DNA of 64,000 nucleotides from a virus. Below, piece after piece: positions 1-10,548 of this stretch. A program made the position numbers and the translations under genes. Under the pieces are notes generated by a model, which did not search any database, had not been told where the DNA came from, and saw only the letters and a program-made list of their open reading frames with translations. Each line of letters starts with the position of its first letter. Position 1 is the stretch's first letter. The stretch is from positions 27,272 to 91,271 of IMG/VR virus record IMGVR_UViG_3300032265_001314; one strand, 5' to 3'.

Positions 1-360
1 CAACATAGTTTTTGGCGTAGGTATATTGTTTTGTGCTAATATCTGGTGTGCTAAGAGCTTATCACCTACATTAGTGATAGCTTCGCTATTATTGATAGTA
101 GGTACTGAAAACTTTTCTAGCTGTCGCATAACAGCAGATCGAAAATAATTAGTACCAGACCCTACTCTAGTTAGCACCAACTTAGGCATGCTGATACTAT
201 CGCCTTTGTATCTAATGCTTTTAGTCCTGCTGCGGTTGACTATGATATCAAACTCATCAGGATGCATCAATCTTGCATCGATAGAATTGTTAGAGAATGT
301 CTCTAACAACCTACGATTCTCATAGCTATCGTTATGCTGGCTTAGTATCCAAACACTCAT
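1..360 (-). CDS. rimK: RimK-family ATP-grasp ligase (N-terminal part; runs off window start)
   Basis: Manual translation from ATG at 360: MSVWILSQ...VLTRVGSGTNYFRSAVMRQLEKFSVPTINNSEAITNVGDKLLAHQILAQNNIPTPKTML. This matches the RimK/LysX pre-ATP-grasp pattern (R..G..T; N...AI....DK....Q.L....IP.PKT). Confidence 0.8.
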   Translation of the reverse strand, partial: MSVWILSQHNDSYENRRLLETFSNNSIDARLMHPDEFDIIVNRSRTKSIRYKGDSISMPKLVLTRVGSGTNYFRSAVMRQLEKFSVPTINNSEAITNVGDKLLAHQILAQNNIPTPKTML

Positions 361-361
361 A

Positions 362-562
362 TCACCAACTCTGGTAATCTGTTAGGTCTACCCAGACACC
401 GCGGCCTTCTTGGGTTTCAATAGAAGCTTCGACAGCTAAACCGATGCCTGAGCTGTGAGAAGTAGTGATCTCAACTTCAAAGTCCTTGTCCTCTAAAGTT
501 GAGATCCACTCCATCAGTCTCTTTAGGTCAGTAACCCTAAGTTTGACGGAGTTATTGCTCAT
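362..562 (-). CDS. small hypothetical protein (paralog of 562..825)
   Basis: ORF coupled to neighbours; shares the S/E-x-GIG-x-A-V/I motif and a C-terminal D/L-LT with 562..825. Confidence 0.65.
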   Translation of the reverse strand: MSNNSVKLRVTDLKRLMEWISTLEDKDFEVEITTSHSSGIGLAVEASIETQEGRGVWVDLTDYQSW

Positions 563-825
563 TAGTCTGCCTTTGAAACTGCTGAAGTTAGTGCAGTCTC
601 GAGAGCCTTGAGATTCACAGTAGCGGTAGGTGGAGCAGTGAGAAGCTTAAAATAACCTTCGTCATCGTGCAACTCTACATAAGCTGTGATCGCCTGGCCA
701 ATGCCTGGCTCTGAGCTCGTACGGAACTCGATGCAGTCTGCATCATAGTTTAAACGTGTGAGCCAATCATTTAGATTAGCTAATTCTGTCTTGGTAATAA
801 CAAATCGACTGTCTACGCTCGCCAT
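562..825 (-). CDS. small hypothetical protein
   Basis: ORF in tight operon with a GIG motif. Confidence 0.65.
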   Translation of the reverse strand: MASVDSRFVITKTELANLNDWLTRLNYDADCIEFRTSSEPGIGQAITAYVELHDDEGYFKLLTAPPTATVNLKALETALTSAVSKAD

Positions 826-826
826 C

Positions 827-1060
827 TTATTTCTCCTTTTCTGCTAAGATTTTGACTACTTGGTACTGCTCCCAGGCATTCTTAACTGCTTGGGAATTTT
901 CTCTCAAATGCTTTTCTTGTTCTTGCTCCTGCTTGAACTTTACTAACCAATCGAGTGATTCTCTATACATAGGAGACATACTTACGGTGAGATCTATCCC
1001 GCCATACGTTTCCATCTTTGATGCTATTATGGCACTGTCACCATAAAAGTTTTTAATCAT
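827..1060 (-). CDS. hypothetical protein
   Basis: GAGG RBS and an upstream TTGACA promoter; C-terminal AVKNAWEQY resembles AVKKAWENY of 16463..16822. Confidence 0.65.
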   Translation of the reverse strand: MIKNFYGDSAIIASKMETYGGIDLTVSMSPMYRESLDWLVKFKQEQEQEKHLRENSQAVKNAWEQYQVVKILAEKEK

Positions 1061-1110
1061 AACTACCTCTTATTTTTTAACTATACTATCTTTATTGACG
1101 TCTGTCAACA

Positions 1111-1677
1111 TTAATCCATCTTTGTAACGTTCAATGCTTTAAGTGCTTCCTGTAGCTTTACAGTCTGTAACCAGCAGTCATCGAGTGCATTATGATTGTT
1201 AGGCTTAGGGTCTCTTCCGGGAACCATGCGGAACACTGTACGGCAATCTCGTGCTTGCCAGAAATTCCAAGGCCATTTCTTACCTAGTCTACGAGCAGCA
1301 GTTTCAAGGATGATAATATCGAAGGCAGGGCCGTTTGCCCAAACCCTGTCGCATGGTCTGCAAAAATCAAAGAGGCTATCAAGAGCATCGCGAATATCCA
1401 GACGGGCAACTCCCTCACCAAATGCTTCGTGCTGTGCTTCAGGGCTTTGTTTAGCCCACCAGGCCATTGTGTCATCGTTTATCTCCGCTTCGGGATAGTC
1501 AAAGCTACCCGGGTCAATACGACAGTAAAAGTGTTCCATGTCGCGGGCGTCACGTCCACGATCGTTAGCATATGGATCAAAGCGCAGTGCGCCAATGGTG
1601 ATGATTACACTATCTGGGCTAGTAGCCAGCGTTTCCAGATCGATCATTATATCACGTTCTTTTAATATCATACACAC
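1111..1677 (-). CDS. DEDDh 3'-5' exo(ribo)nuclease (Rv2179c/DUF5051-like)
   Basis: DIMIDLETL, WANGPAFD and HNALDD motifs. Confidence 0.85.
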   Translation of the reverse strand: MCMILKERDIMIDLETLATSPDSVIITIGALRFDPYANDRGRDARDMEHFYCRIDPGSFDYPEAEINDDTMAWWAKQSPEAQHEAFGEGVARLDIRDALDSLFDFCRPCDRVWANGPAFDIIILETAARRLGKKWPWNFWQARDCRTVFRMVPGRDPKPNNHNALDDCWLQTVKLQEALKALNVTKMD

Positions 1678-1809
1678 ATAATAACATCGTGTAGATATTT
1701 GTCAACTAGATACTGTGATTAAGTAGTCCATAAAGCATACAAGCCGATAGTGTTACATATACGGTTATAAAGAAATATATGCTGTATGTTATAAACTTGT
1801 CCCAACTCA

Positions 1810-2382
1810 TTAAAACCATAAGAATAACCCCTGTCCCATTAGAGCCAAAGCTCCTACCATAGCTCCTAATCCTGCCCAAAACATCAGCATTCCACTACTT
1901 AAAATACTAGCAGTGATTAATACTATGGCTATCTGCATTATAGATCCTGCTAGACCAATCCAAGGACTCTGACGTTTAAGATGATCTATTTCTGCATCAA
2001 TAGCACTAGCTTGTGCTAGTAATTCACGTTTTCCCTCGTTGGTTTTTGGATCACTTTCGTAACGAGCGATTGCAGCTTCTAGCTCTTCTGCCTTCTTTGT
2101 ATCCTTGTCTCTGATGGCGGTATCTCTAGCATATTCGGCTATATTCTGTTTAATACTCTTAGCTTGATAAAAATTGTAAACATCGTTAACATGTATAGTT
2201 TGATTCAATATTGTACTAGATATCCTTGATCCAATGAAAGCATCTATGCTGTAGATAGCTGCGAATATACTAATTACTAGTGCAGCTCTGCTCTTTAGTT
2301 TGCTGGTAAAAGTTTGAGCTTCGGATGTGATTTTGTCTGCATCTTTTGAAACCTGTTTAAGTAATGAGTCACCCAAAGCCAT
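1810..2382 (-). CDS. DUF4337-like membrane protein
   Basis: N-terminal TM, YNFYQAKSIKQ motif, coiled coil, QIAIVL and two C-terminal TMs. Confidence 0.7.
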   Translation of the reverse strand: MALGDSLLKQVSKDADKITSEAQTFTSKLKSRAALVISIFAAIYSIDAFIGSRISSTILNQTIHVNDVYNFYQAKSIKQNIAEYARDTAIRDKDTKKAEELEAAIARYESDPKTNEGKRELLAQASAIDAEIDHLKRQSPWIGLAGSIMQIAIVLITASILSSGMLMFWAGLGAMVGALALMGQGLFLWF

Positions 2383-2450
2383 GCTTTTCTCCTTTGTTTA
2401 GTGTATTTAAGTGCGTATATTTTAATATAAAACTAGCAGTTAAATACCTA

Positions 2451-2732
2451 GTGGAAAGCTTTTTTAAACTAGTAGCAGATGTTGGATTTCCTATCGCCGC
2501 AGCCTGTGCGATGGGTTACTTCATCTTCTTAACAATCAAATTCATCTTAGCAGGAGTTATGGGGTCGGTTAAAGGATTAAGCGGTATCATAACCGCCCTA
2601 GATAATAGGGTCAAGACTATGAATCACGATGTTATACGTATTGATACTCTAATGAGTAATGCTTTAGGTGTTAAGCCAGATGTAGATCGTATAGCTAGAG
2701 CAGATGGTAAAAACGATGCAAGGAGAGACTAA
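2451..2732 (+). CDS. YvrJ-like membrane/coiled-coil protein
   Basis: GTG start after TAAATA; VADVGFPIAAA plus TM, then a LDNRVKTMNHD coiled coil. Confidence 0.6.
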   Translation: MESFFKLVADVGFPIAAACAMGYFIFLTIKFILAGVMGSVKGLSGIITALDNRVKTMNHDVIRIDTLMSNALGVKPDVDRIARADGKNDARRD

Positions 2733-3035
2733 TGGATATGGATTTTGAAACAATCGGAAGAATTTTTGGTGCTTGTATGGTTTTGTTCGTAATCTATCTT
2801 TTAATAGAAGAACAGGTTAGAGTTCGTCGGACTAAAAATTAACCCTGTCTTGAATTATTTCTTGGCAAACAAAATCTAAGGCAATAAAGTAAAAAATGTG
2901 GAAAAGTATAGAATCACAGAACGTTTTTTAAACAAAGGTGATCGATATTATACCATCTATCTCGGCTTAAAATTAGTCATTATAACACGCAATAAAAAAA
3001 TTGTAGATGAATATAAAGAAATAAACGAGAAATTA

Positions 3036-3410
3036 TCAGTAAAGACAGATCCTAGTTCCGTTTGAGAAATCCCAACTATTAGTAGATATTTTTCTGTCTC
3101 TGCATGGACTAGCTGATTGTTTAGCGGTACCTTGCCATAGTATTCGGTCTTCATTAGTATCTCGGAACCAATTGTTTCCATTCCAAACAAACCCGGGTTC
3201 TATCTGTCTTACTACGACCCCTATTACTTGCCAGATCTCATTTCCTTTACCGGACCAGATCTCTGTCAATGGTCCTGATTTATTAGTTGTACAATAACTA
3301 CTATGGGCATAGCTTCTACCAGTCCAATCAGGAGCAGCCCAATCACAACTTTGTCCGGCCGATAAAGGCAAGCTAACTATCAAAAATAATAAAGTTAAAA
3401 CATATCTCAC
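3036..3410 (-). CDS. secreted hypothetical protein
   Basis: Signal-peptide-like N-terminus, four Cys, Trp-rich; TAAATA just upstream. Confidence 0.55.
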   Translation of the reverse strand: MRYVLTLLFLIVSLPLSAGQSCDWAAPDWTGRSYAHSSYCTTNKSGPLTEIWSGKGNEIWQVIGVVVRQIEPGFVWNGNNWFRDTNEDRILWQGTAKQSASPCRDRKISTNSWDFSNGTRICLY

Positions 3411-3504
3411 CGTCTATTTAGGCGCAATTTGGTAATTATAATCTACTGCTTTAACTGTTCTTTTCTTATATCTAAATAATACTAGCATAAAAAGGAGAGA
3501 CATC

Positions 3505-4008
3505 GTGATCCCAATGGACCCAAAAAAAGCGCAGAAGCTAGGAGAGGCATGGGGCGGAGTCATCACCGACAGTGTTTTTGGTATAGTTGATGTTGTTAAG
3601 AATGCGCCGGCACAACGGGCTGCAAATAATCAAAAAATACAAAATAAAAATAAAATTACAGAGATTAATAATCAAATAACACGACAGAATAATCTGTTGC
3701 GCGAACAAGCAATGCGTGAAATAGCTAAAGAAGCCGAAATGGATGCGATAGCTAGAATGAGCCCTAAGCAAAGAGAAGAATATAAACAAGCAAAGTTGGC
3801 TTCTGAAAAAGCTAGAGCCAGAGCAGAAAGAGAAGCACAAGAACGTAAAGAAGAAATGGGGCAATATTTTTTAGCCTTTATATTGATATTTGTAGTAATA
3901 CCGTTTATGATTTGGATAGGTTTGATTATCTATGCTTTAGTAGATCCTATGGCATATTACTCTATGAAGAGCTGGGTGCCTTTACTTAAAACGATAGTGG
4001 GAAGATAA
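3505..4008 (+). CDS. coiled-coil membrane protein
   Basis: AGGAG RBS; charged helix followed by a C-terminal TM. Confidence 0.6.
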   Translation: MIPMDPKKAQKLGEAWGGVITDSVFGIVDVVKNAPAQRAANNQKIQNKNKITEINNQITRQNNLLREQAMREIAKEAEMDAIARMSPKQREEYKQAKLASEKARARAEREAQERKEEMGQYFLAFILIFVVIPFMIWIGLIIYALVDPMAYYSMKSWVPLLKTIVGR

Positions 4009-4421
4009 TGGAATCTAATGTAGCCGACTTAATCTCAAAATATGGTTTTCCAATCGTCGCAGCAGGCGGTATGGGATATATGATATATTATATATGGATA
4101 TGGGCAACTACTGAAGTTAAACCAGTACTAAGCGAAGCTAATACTGTTCTTATCGCATTGATTGATCGTATACGTATGTTAGATAACGATCTTATTCGCC
4201 TAAATCAGAAACTAAACATCGTGCTGCAACTACGTGGTAAAGAGATTGAAAGTGAACGCCACTTAGAAGATGTTAAGACTGCTGCTGCTGCTCAGAAACG
4301 CGAAATGGAAGCTGCCGAACAACAGCGCAAGGCTGCCGAACAATTGGCGCACCAAGCTCCGGATCCAGGCAACGCTAAGATATACATACAACCAACAGCA
4401 CCTGTAAAGAATGATCAGTAA
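4008..4421 (+). CDS. YvrJ-like membrane/coiled-coil protein (paralog of 2451..2732)
   Basis: LISKYGFPIVAA plus TM, then LIDRIRMLDNDLIRL. Confidence 0.6.
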   Translation: MESNVADLISKYGFPIVAAGGMGYMIYYIWIWATTEVKPVLSEANTVLIALIDRIRMLDNDLIRLNQKLNIVLQLRGKEIESERHLEDVKTAAAAQKREMEAAEQQRKAAEQLAHQAPDPGNAKIYIQPTAPVKNDQ

Positions 4422-4539
4422 TTTTGAAAATATATACGATATATGGATGTTTGGATATAGGTTACCTATAGACGCTGCTATTTTTCTCGGAACTATGTTT
4501 GCTTTGCTCTGCGTAGCAGCTGTCTGCCAATCATTTAAG

Positions 4540-5103
4540 TTATAATTTTAAGAAGTTTTTTACTGCTGCTACTGTGGCATCGCTTTGCAGTATCTCATAA
4601 TGGTTAGCAGCTATCTCCGCAACATTACCGCAAGTCCATCCTGTCTGTACTTTAATAGGCAATACTCCGTCGTTGCTTTCATATATAAAAGGATTAAATC
4701 CTTTATTAGCTATTAAATGTAGAACAGGTAAGTGATCATAACGCATTTCGTGTATCTCTTGGACTTGCCTGCTGCTATTCGCTATCTTGCCTATGAGACT
4801 TGCTCTGCTCATATAGAGCTGTATAAGATTTAGATCCAGACCAGCTAATGGGCTAGCGAGAGTTATAATACCTTTACATAATGTGTCTTGGCTCATATGT
4901 AAAGCGATCATACCACCCAGGCTATGTCCAATAGCAACATATGGTTCACGCATCACACCTATGCTCATAGCTAGGATATCTTCGTAAGCATTAACACGAT
5001 GATCGTAATCAACGCAATGCCAATCTTTGATTTTGGTCTTGTGCTTTAGATAGTTAAAACTGATGCTACTGCTCCAAGCACCGTGGATACCGAGTATCTT
5101 CAT
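4540..5103 (-). CDS. alpha/beta hydrolase
   Basis: HG oxyanion motif, GHSLGG nucleophile elbow, DGV and NH triad residues. Confidence 0.85.
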   Translation of the reverse strand: MKILGIHGAWSSSISFNYLKHKTKIKDWHCVDYDHRVNAYEDILAMSIGVMREPYVAIGHSLGGMIALHMSQDTLCKGIITLASPLAGLDLNLIQLYMSRASLIGKIANSSRQVQEIHEMRYDHLPVLHLIANKGFNPFIYESNDGVLPIKVQTGWTCGNVAEIAANHYEILQSDATVAAVKNFLKL

Positions 5104-5106
5104 AAC

Positions 5107-6105
5107 CTATTTAATCTCCGTTAAGTTGTCTAGGAATGTCTTAGTACATATAGCCCAATCATATTTTTTACTGCTTGCTTCAACAATGGCACGATCACAT
5201 TCCAGAGCATATGCTATAGCTACTTCTAAATCATCATCCATATAACCATTGATTCCGTTCTCTACTACATCGACAGGTCCAGTGACTGGATAAGCTGCTA
5301 TAGGAGTACCACAAGCTATAGATTCTAACATAACCACACCAAATGTATCGCTCTTGCTTGGAAAAACAAACACATCAGAATTAGCATAATATTCTGCTAG
5401 TTCTTTACCTTTCTTATATCCTGCATAGTTTACATAAGGGTACTTTTGCTTCAATTCATCTAGGTAAGGACCATCCCCGACCAGTATCTTAGTTCCCTCT
5501 ATCTTTACGCTACAGAACTCGTCTAATCCTTTTTCTTTGCTAGCACGACTAACACAAAGTATTATAGGTCTTTTTACTTCTAACTTTTCTCTTAACTTAC
5601 TAGTAAATAGATCTCCGTCAACTCCTCTATTCCAAACTTCTAACCTTTGGAAGTCTCGATTGCTAAGTTCTGTTTTCATAGTGTTTGTAGTTACTAATAC
5701 TTTTGTTGAAAACTTATGGAACCATCGGACTAACCAGTAGCCCCAATCAACTGGCAACTTAAAATAGGTGTTTAGATATTCCGGAAACTTAGTATGATAG
5801 CTGGTGTTGTGTGGTATGCTACGTTTGTCTACTTTACAATACCAACGTGCAGCTAATCCTAATGTACCTTCGGTGGCTATATGTATAGCATCAGGTTTAA
5901 AGTTTTCTATCATAGGACCAACACGCCATATGTCTAAACTAAGCCTAACTTCAGGATAGCCTGGAGCACCTATGGTTTTAAATTGACTAGGTTCGATCAC
6001 CTGTACAATGTGTCCCCAAGACTCTAACTGTTTAACTGTGGCTCTTAGTGTAGTGACCACACCATTTATATTAGCCCAAGTATCAGTTACTAGCGTTATC
6101 CTCAT
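5107..6105 (-). CDS. GT4 (GT-B) glycosyltransferase
   Basis: NGV, HIATEG, SYHT and DVFVFPSKSDTFGVVMLESIACGTP motifs. Confidence 0.9.
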   Translation of the reverse strand: MRITLVTDTWANINGVVTTLRATVKQLESWGHIVQVIEPSQFKTIGAPGYPEVRLSLDIWRVGPMIENFKPDAIHIATEGTLGLAARWYCKVDKRSIPHNTSYHTKFPEYLNTYFKLPVDWGYWLVRWFHKFSTKVLVTTNTMKTELSNRDFQRLEVWNRGVDGDLFTSKLREKLEVKRPIILCVSRASKEKGLDEFCSVKIEGTKILVGDGPYLDELKQKYPYVNYAGYKKGKELAEYYANSDVFVFPSKSDTFGVVMLESIACGTPIAAYPVTGPVDVVENGINGYMDDDLEVAIAYALECDRAIVEASSKKYDWAICTKTFLDNLTEIK

Positions 6106-6823
6106 TTCGGATTATCTCCCAAGTACCATCATAGTTTTCTACTAGTGCCGTACAACTCTCGCACCAGTCACCACAGTTCATATATTCAATATCATTTATC
6201 TTACGTATGTTAGCGTGATGTATGTGCCCACATACTATACCTACGCACTCTTCTGCCTTAGCATATCCACTCAGTTTATCTTCGTAGCTTCCCATAAAAT
6301 TGACAGCAGATTTAACTTTGTATTTGGCCCATTGGCTCAATGACCAGTAAGGCAGTTTGAATAAACGTCTGATCTTATTAACAATAACATTAAGCCTCAT
6401 ACTAAAATCATAGGCTATAGTTCCAAAATGGGCAAGCCAAGCTGCATTTTTCATTACCACATCAAATTGATCTCCGTGTATGATTAATATAGGTCTATTC
6501 TTTGTATCAATATAAATGGTCTTTTCACGTATCTCTACATTACCAAAGAACTGATCGTCAAAGTTGCGTAATACTTCGTCGTGATTACCGCTTATATAAA
6601 CAACATCAGTTCCTTTACGTGCCTTACGTAATATCTTTTGTACCACATCGTTGTGTGCTTGAGGCCAATATATACTTTTACTCATAGCCCAGCAGTCTAT
6701 AATATCACCTACTAGGAATAGCTTTTCACTTTCTGTGTCTCTCAAAAAATTTAATAGCTTGTCTGCTTGGCACATCTTTGTCCCGAGATGCACATCTGAT
6801 ATGAAAATGCTTTTATATTTCAC
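6083..6823 (-). CDS. LpxH-like (UDP-2,3-diacylglucosamine diphosphatase family) metallophosphoesterase
   Basis: SDVHLG, GDIID, GNHD, HGD, GHIH and NCGDW motifs. Confidence 0.85.
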   Translation of the reverse strand: MKYKSIFISDVHLGTKMCQADKLLNFLRDTESEKLFLVGDIIDCWAMSKSIYWPQAHNDVVQKILRKARKGTDVVYISGNHDEVLRNFDDQFFGNVEIREKTIYIDTKNRPILIIHGDQFDVVMKNAAWLAHFGTIAYDFSMRLNVIVNKIRRLFKLPYWSLSQWAKYKVKSAVNFMGSYEDKLSGYAKAEECVGIVCGHIHHANIRKINDIEYMNCGDWCESCTALVENYDGTWEIIRNEDNASN

Positions 6824-6829
6824 TTTACC

Positions 6830-8881
6830 TCACTTCGTATTTGTACGGTATACTCCATCCCACCCTTCGCCTGGTGGATTCTTAGCATATTCATCACAGC
6901 GGTCTGCCCACATATCGTAATAGCCGTCCATCTTACCATCAAACTTTCCTTTGAGACTTAGTGCTATGCTTTTAGCAATAATAAATCTCTGAGCATTATA
7001 TGCGTTCATCATAGTATTGTGTTCATTCTTAGCATTTTTATATCCAATAGGAACTTTTGAAAGCTCACCTAATACTGTGAATATATTCACACCTTCTTTT
7101 TTACCCTTGACTGCTAGACAATCTAGAGGTAGAGTAAAGTATGCATCTTTCACGTATTCGTTTGTCTTAGGACCTATTACCATTGCGACGTGATATGGCT
7201 TGCTCTGTCCTTCAAGTCTGCTCGCCAAGTTGACGCCGTCCCCGAGACAAGTATAATCGAAACGTTGGCTACTACCCATGTTACCCACAACAACAGTATC
7301 AGTGTTAATGCCCAATCCCATACCAAATGGTGGAACACCTTCAAGCGCAACTTCTCTGTTAAATTCATCTAGGCTTCCTAACATTTCCAATGCTGTCTTT
7401 ACAGCATCCTTTGCGTGTTTTTCATTGCTAAGTGGAGCGTTCCAAAAAGCCATCTGTGCATCGCCGATGTACTTGTCCAGTGTTCCGTGATTCTCCAGTA
7501 TCTTCTTAGTCATCGCTGTCATGTAGCGATTCATTATCTTGGTTAATCCCTGAACATCGCTTCCGTAATGCTCACTAATAGTAGTAAACCCACGAACATC
7601 AGTAAACATGATTGATAGCTCAACTGAGTCTCCTCCCAATGCGAGCAGTTCGGGATTCTTCTGTAACCTAGCTACTAAGTCTGGGCTTAGGTAAGTTCCA
7701 AACTGTTTCTTTATCTGTTGCTTCTGAAGGAACTCGGATACGAATTTAACTCCGTAGGCATGCAGAGCGACCAAGATGATTCCAGATACAAAAATGGTTG
7801 CGTCGCATAACCATAGAGAGCTAGTAAAGAGATACTGACTAAGTAGCACACTCCCGCCGACCAATACAATAACTGAGGCAAGTCCAACATACATCCACCT
7901 TGTTAAAACTAGAAGTAAGATACCAGCAACAACCAATGCGATAGTTTCTGCGCCTTCTGCCCATCCGGGTCTCTGGATATTTACCCCATTTATCATAGTT
8001 CCTAGCACCGCTGCCTGTAGATCTTGTGGCCATATAGCACCCTTTGCTGTTGGTACAGGATTAGCTATACCAGCTGCGGTAGTGCCTACTATAACAACAG
8101 CACCTCCTAGATCATCTGGTAAGTTTATAGCACTGTAGCTCTTGTTAGTCTGGCTCCAGTCTATCCATATGCGTCCTAGATTGTCTGTAGTTATTGCACC
8201 AAACTTAGGTATGCGCATCTTATCAACACCGTCTTCGTTCAGTTTAATCTGCACGGTGCTATCACCTGCCATAACACGGAGAGTTTCTAGAGATAGGTTA
8301 GGATATAGCTTACCACCGCTAGTGATCAATAAGGGTATCCTGCGATTAACACCATCTATCTCAGGTAGTGTATTGATAGTTCCTACACCGACTGCTGCTG
8401 ATTCTAGCTCAGGGATGTTAGCTATGATACCCGGATAGGGTATGATAGTATCCATATATTTTGCGTTAATGACCGCGGCACCCGGATTCTTGGGAGTGTT
8501 TTTTCCCTTGATGCTAGGCACGTTGCTGAGCAAGATGGGGTAGTTTTTCATAGTATTAGCCAATATACTATCACCGCCCATACGATCGGCTTCAGGCATC
8601 ATTATGTTCCAAACGACCAAACCTGCTTTATGTTTATAGAGATCTTCTATTATACCAGCATATACATCGCGTTTAAACGGCCACTGTCCGTACTTGTCTA
8701 GTGTAGCTTCATCTATGTTAACAGTTATTATGTTGTTAGCTGTAGGAGCTTTATTAGTGATGAGAGTATCAAAATAGCGTAGCTTTACGCTTTCTACAAA
8801 GGTAGGGTTAGATAGTTTTATAGCCACTACTAATAATAAAGTTATTAGAGCGGTCCAGGGGCTCAATAATATTCTTTTCAT
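6830..8881 (-). CDS. CHASE2-domain class III adenylate cyclase
   Basis: N-terminal TM; CHASE2 (IDEATLDKYGQWPF, DGVNRRIP); three TMs; cyclase domain with MFTDVRGFT, DKYIGDA and YTCLGDGVNLASRLE (both metal Asp, adenine-specifying Lys/Thr, Asn/Arg all present). Confidence 0.93.
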   Translation of the reverse strand: MKRILLSPWTALITLLLVVAIKLSNPTFVESVKLRYFDTLITNKAPTANNIITVNIDEATLDKYGQWPFKRDVYAGIIEDLYKHKAGLVVWNIMMPEADRMGGDSILANTMKNYPILLSNVPSIKGKNTPKNPGAAVINAKYMDTIIPYPGIIANIPELESAAVGVGTINTLPEIDGVNRRIPLLITSGGKLYPNLSLETLRVMAGDSTVQIKLNEDGVDKMRIPKFGAITTDNLGRIWIDWSQTNKSYSAINLPDDLGGAVVIVGTTAAGIANPVPTAKGAIWPQDLQAAVLGTMINGVNIQRPGWAEGAETIALVVAGILLLVLTRWMYVGLASVIVLVGGSVLLSQYLFTSSLWLCDATIFVSGIILVALHAYGVKFVSEFLQKQQIKKQFGTYLSPDLVARLQKNPELLALGGDSVELSIMFTDVRGFTTISEHYGSDVQGLTKIMNRYMTAMTKKILENHGTLDKYIGDAQMAFWNAPLSNEKHAKDAVKTALEMLGSLDEFNREVALEGVPPFGMGLGINTDTVVVGNMGSSQRFDYTCLGDGVNLASRLEGQSKPYHVAMVIGPKTNEYVKDAYFTLPLDCLAVKGKKEGVNIFTVLGELSKVPIGYKNAKNEHNTMMNAYNAQRFIIAKSIALSLKGKFDGKMDGYYDMWADRCDEYAKNPPGEGWDGVYRTNTK

Positions 8882-8889
8882 ACCACTAT

Positions 8890-9426
8890 TTAGTGTTTGG
8901 TATAACTGTAACCACTACAAGGTGGTGTTAGGCATTGGATGCTTAATGATGCTGCATCAGGCACGGTAGCACTATCCTGTATTACATTTGCAGTTATGTT
9001 ATTGCCACTTAGGCTGAGATGGAAAGATTTGTTAGCAGCTCCAGTCTGTGTGATATTAGCAGTGTTATTACTAGTAGGTATATTGGGATCTAAGTTTATT
9101 GCTGCATTATAACTGCCAGTACCTGTTTGTGTTATGTTTAGTGTATTATTGCTGTTGCTATTTGTAACAGGATATGTAAGCGGAGCATTTGGTCCGGTAG
9201 GTAAATTGGGTGGGACACCAATAAATGCTGTATTATTTCCGGTACCCTCTTGTGTTATAGTGACAGCATTATTATCGCCTTTGTTAAGCACGATAGCAGA
9301 ACTATTAGTAGTATTGATTTGATCTATAGCGATGCTATTATTGTTACCGATCTGATCGATATAGACAGTATTTTGTGCATACGCATTTGATATCATTGTC
9401 AGTAGTATCACTATTGTATATCTCAT
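8890..9426 (-). CDS. secreted curlin-repeat-like protein
   Basis: Signal peptide; repeated [IV]xQxGxxNxAxI, N/Q/T/G-rich. Confidence 0.7.
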   Translation of the reverse strand: MRYTIVILLTMISNAYAQNTVYIDQIGNNNSIAIDQINTTNSSAIVLNKGDNNAVTITQEGTGNNTAFIGVPPNLPTGPNAPLTYPVTNSNSNNTLNITQTGTGSYNAAINLDPNIPTSNNTANITQTGAANKSFHLSLSGNNITANVIQDSATVPDAASLSIQCLTPPCSGYSYTKH

Positions 9427-9429
9427 TTT

Positions 9430-10548
9430 TTACTTACTTTGATTTATGGTTATCTTGGTTCCATTTTGGTTATTAACATTCTGCACTATCGTCACTCCAT
9501 CTTGTACGAGAGTGAGGGTGCTGGGAGAATCCTTATCTAGATTCACAGAAGCAACGTGTCCAGGAGCGATCCTATATAGAGTCAGATTAGTATCTACGAG
9601 CATATACTTTAATCCTGCTGCTTTATTAGGCGGGTACTTAGGCAACATCGTATTGAATGAACTAAGTTGATCGTCTAATAACTGGCTGTTTAATAAATCT
9701 AGCATATTTATTAAGAAGCTAGAGTTGTCCAAATAAGCCATATCTAGCATACTCTGTTGTGTAACGAATGCATCGTCTAGCATACCTGCTGTGTCTAAGA
9801 ATTTTTGATCTAGGAAATTGATATCCAGTGCATTTTTATTATTATCTGCTCCTTTTGCTACTTGCTTTACCTGTTTAGGAGGAGTAACAATTAATAGGTT
9901 ATTGATCTGATCGGGATTGAGATCTAATATAACAGGTTTACTGGGTTTGCTTTCTCTGCTAGCCACTGTAGTAGATTGAAAAGCTTTGTTGAGTATTATC
10001 GTGCCCATACCCGTGTTTACACTAATCTCTCCGACCTTACAGTCTTTTTCTATATCTTTAAACCCAGTAGGGCAGCTTGGAAGAAGTATGGCTAAGGTCC
10101 TGCCTAGCTCATCTACCGTGAGAGTAAAGTCTGTCCCACGAACACCGATAGTCGCGCTAGGTGTATCTATCTTTATGCTTTCAGGAGTATGTTTGGCTAT
10201 CTGACCGCTAGCAAAACGGGCAGTTCCCATCGCTACTTTCATACCAAGCTTACCAGCATCGCTTGTGGTATCATCGTAGACAAAACTATCTATTAAGAGT
10301 CTGCTCTGTTCGGTTATCTCTACTAGGCTATCATCTTTAAAAGTTATCCTAGTTTTGCTTTTAGCTGTAACGATAGTATCGTCCATTTCAACTTCTGTAT
10401 TGATATTAGTCGGGGTGCTCTTCTTGTCTCTCTGTAGTTCAGTGAGACCTGTTTGCTCTGTGATTTTACCTACAGATGTTGCTAAAGACTCAGTTTCCGC
10501 TATGAACAGAAATAGTATTGTTAGAGCCGTTGCTCTTAATTTGTACAT
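9430..10548 (-). CDS. FecR-domain periplasmic protein
   Basis: Signal peptide; FKDDSLVEITEQS and TPSATIGVRGTDF FecR motifs. Confidence 0.85.
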   Translation of the reverse strand: MYKLRATALTILFLFIAETESLATSVGKITEQTGLTELQRDKKSTPTNINTEVEMDDTIVTAKSKTRITFKDDSLVEITEQSRLLIDSFVYDDTTSDAGKLGMKVAMGTARFASGQIAKHTPESIKIDTPSATIGVRGTDFTLTVDELGRTLAILLPSCPTGFKDIEKDCKVGEISVNTGMGTIILNKAFQSTTVASRESKPSKPVILDLNPDQINNLLIVTPPKQVKQVAKGADNNKNALDINFLDQKFLDTAGMLDDAFVTQQSMLDMAYLDNSSFLINMLDLLNSQLLDDQLSSFNTMLPKYPPNKAAGLKYMLVDTNLTLYRIAPGHVASVNLDKDSPSTLTLVQDGVTIVQNVNNQNGTKITINQSK

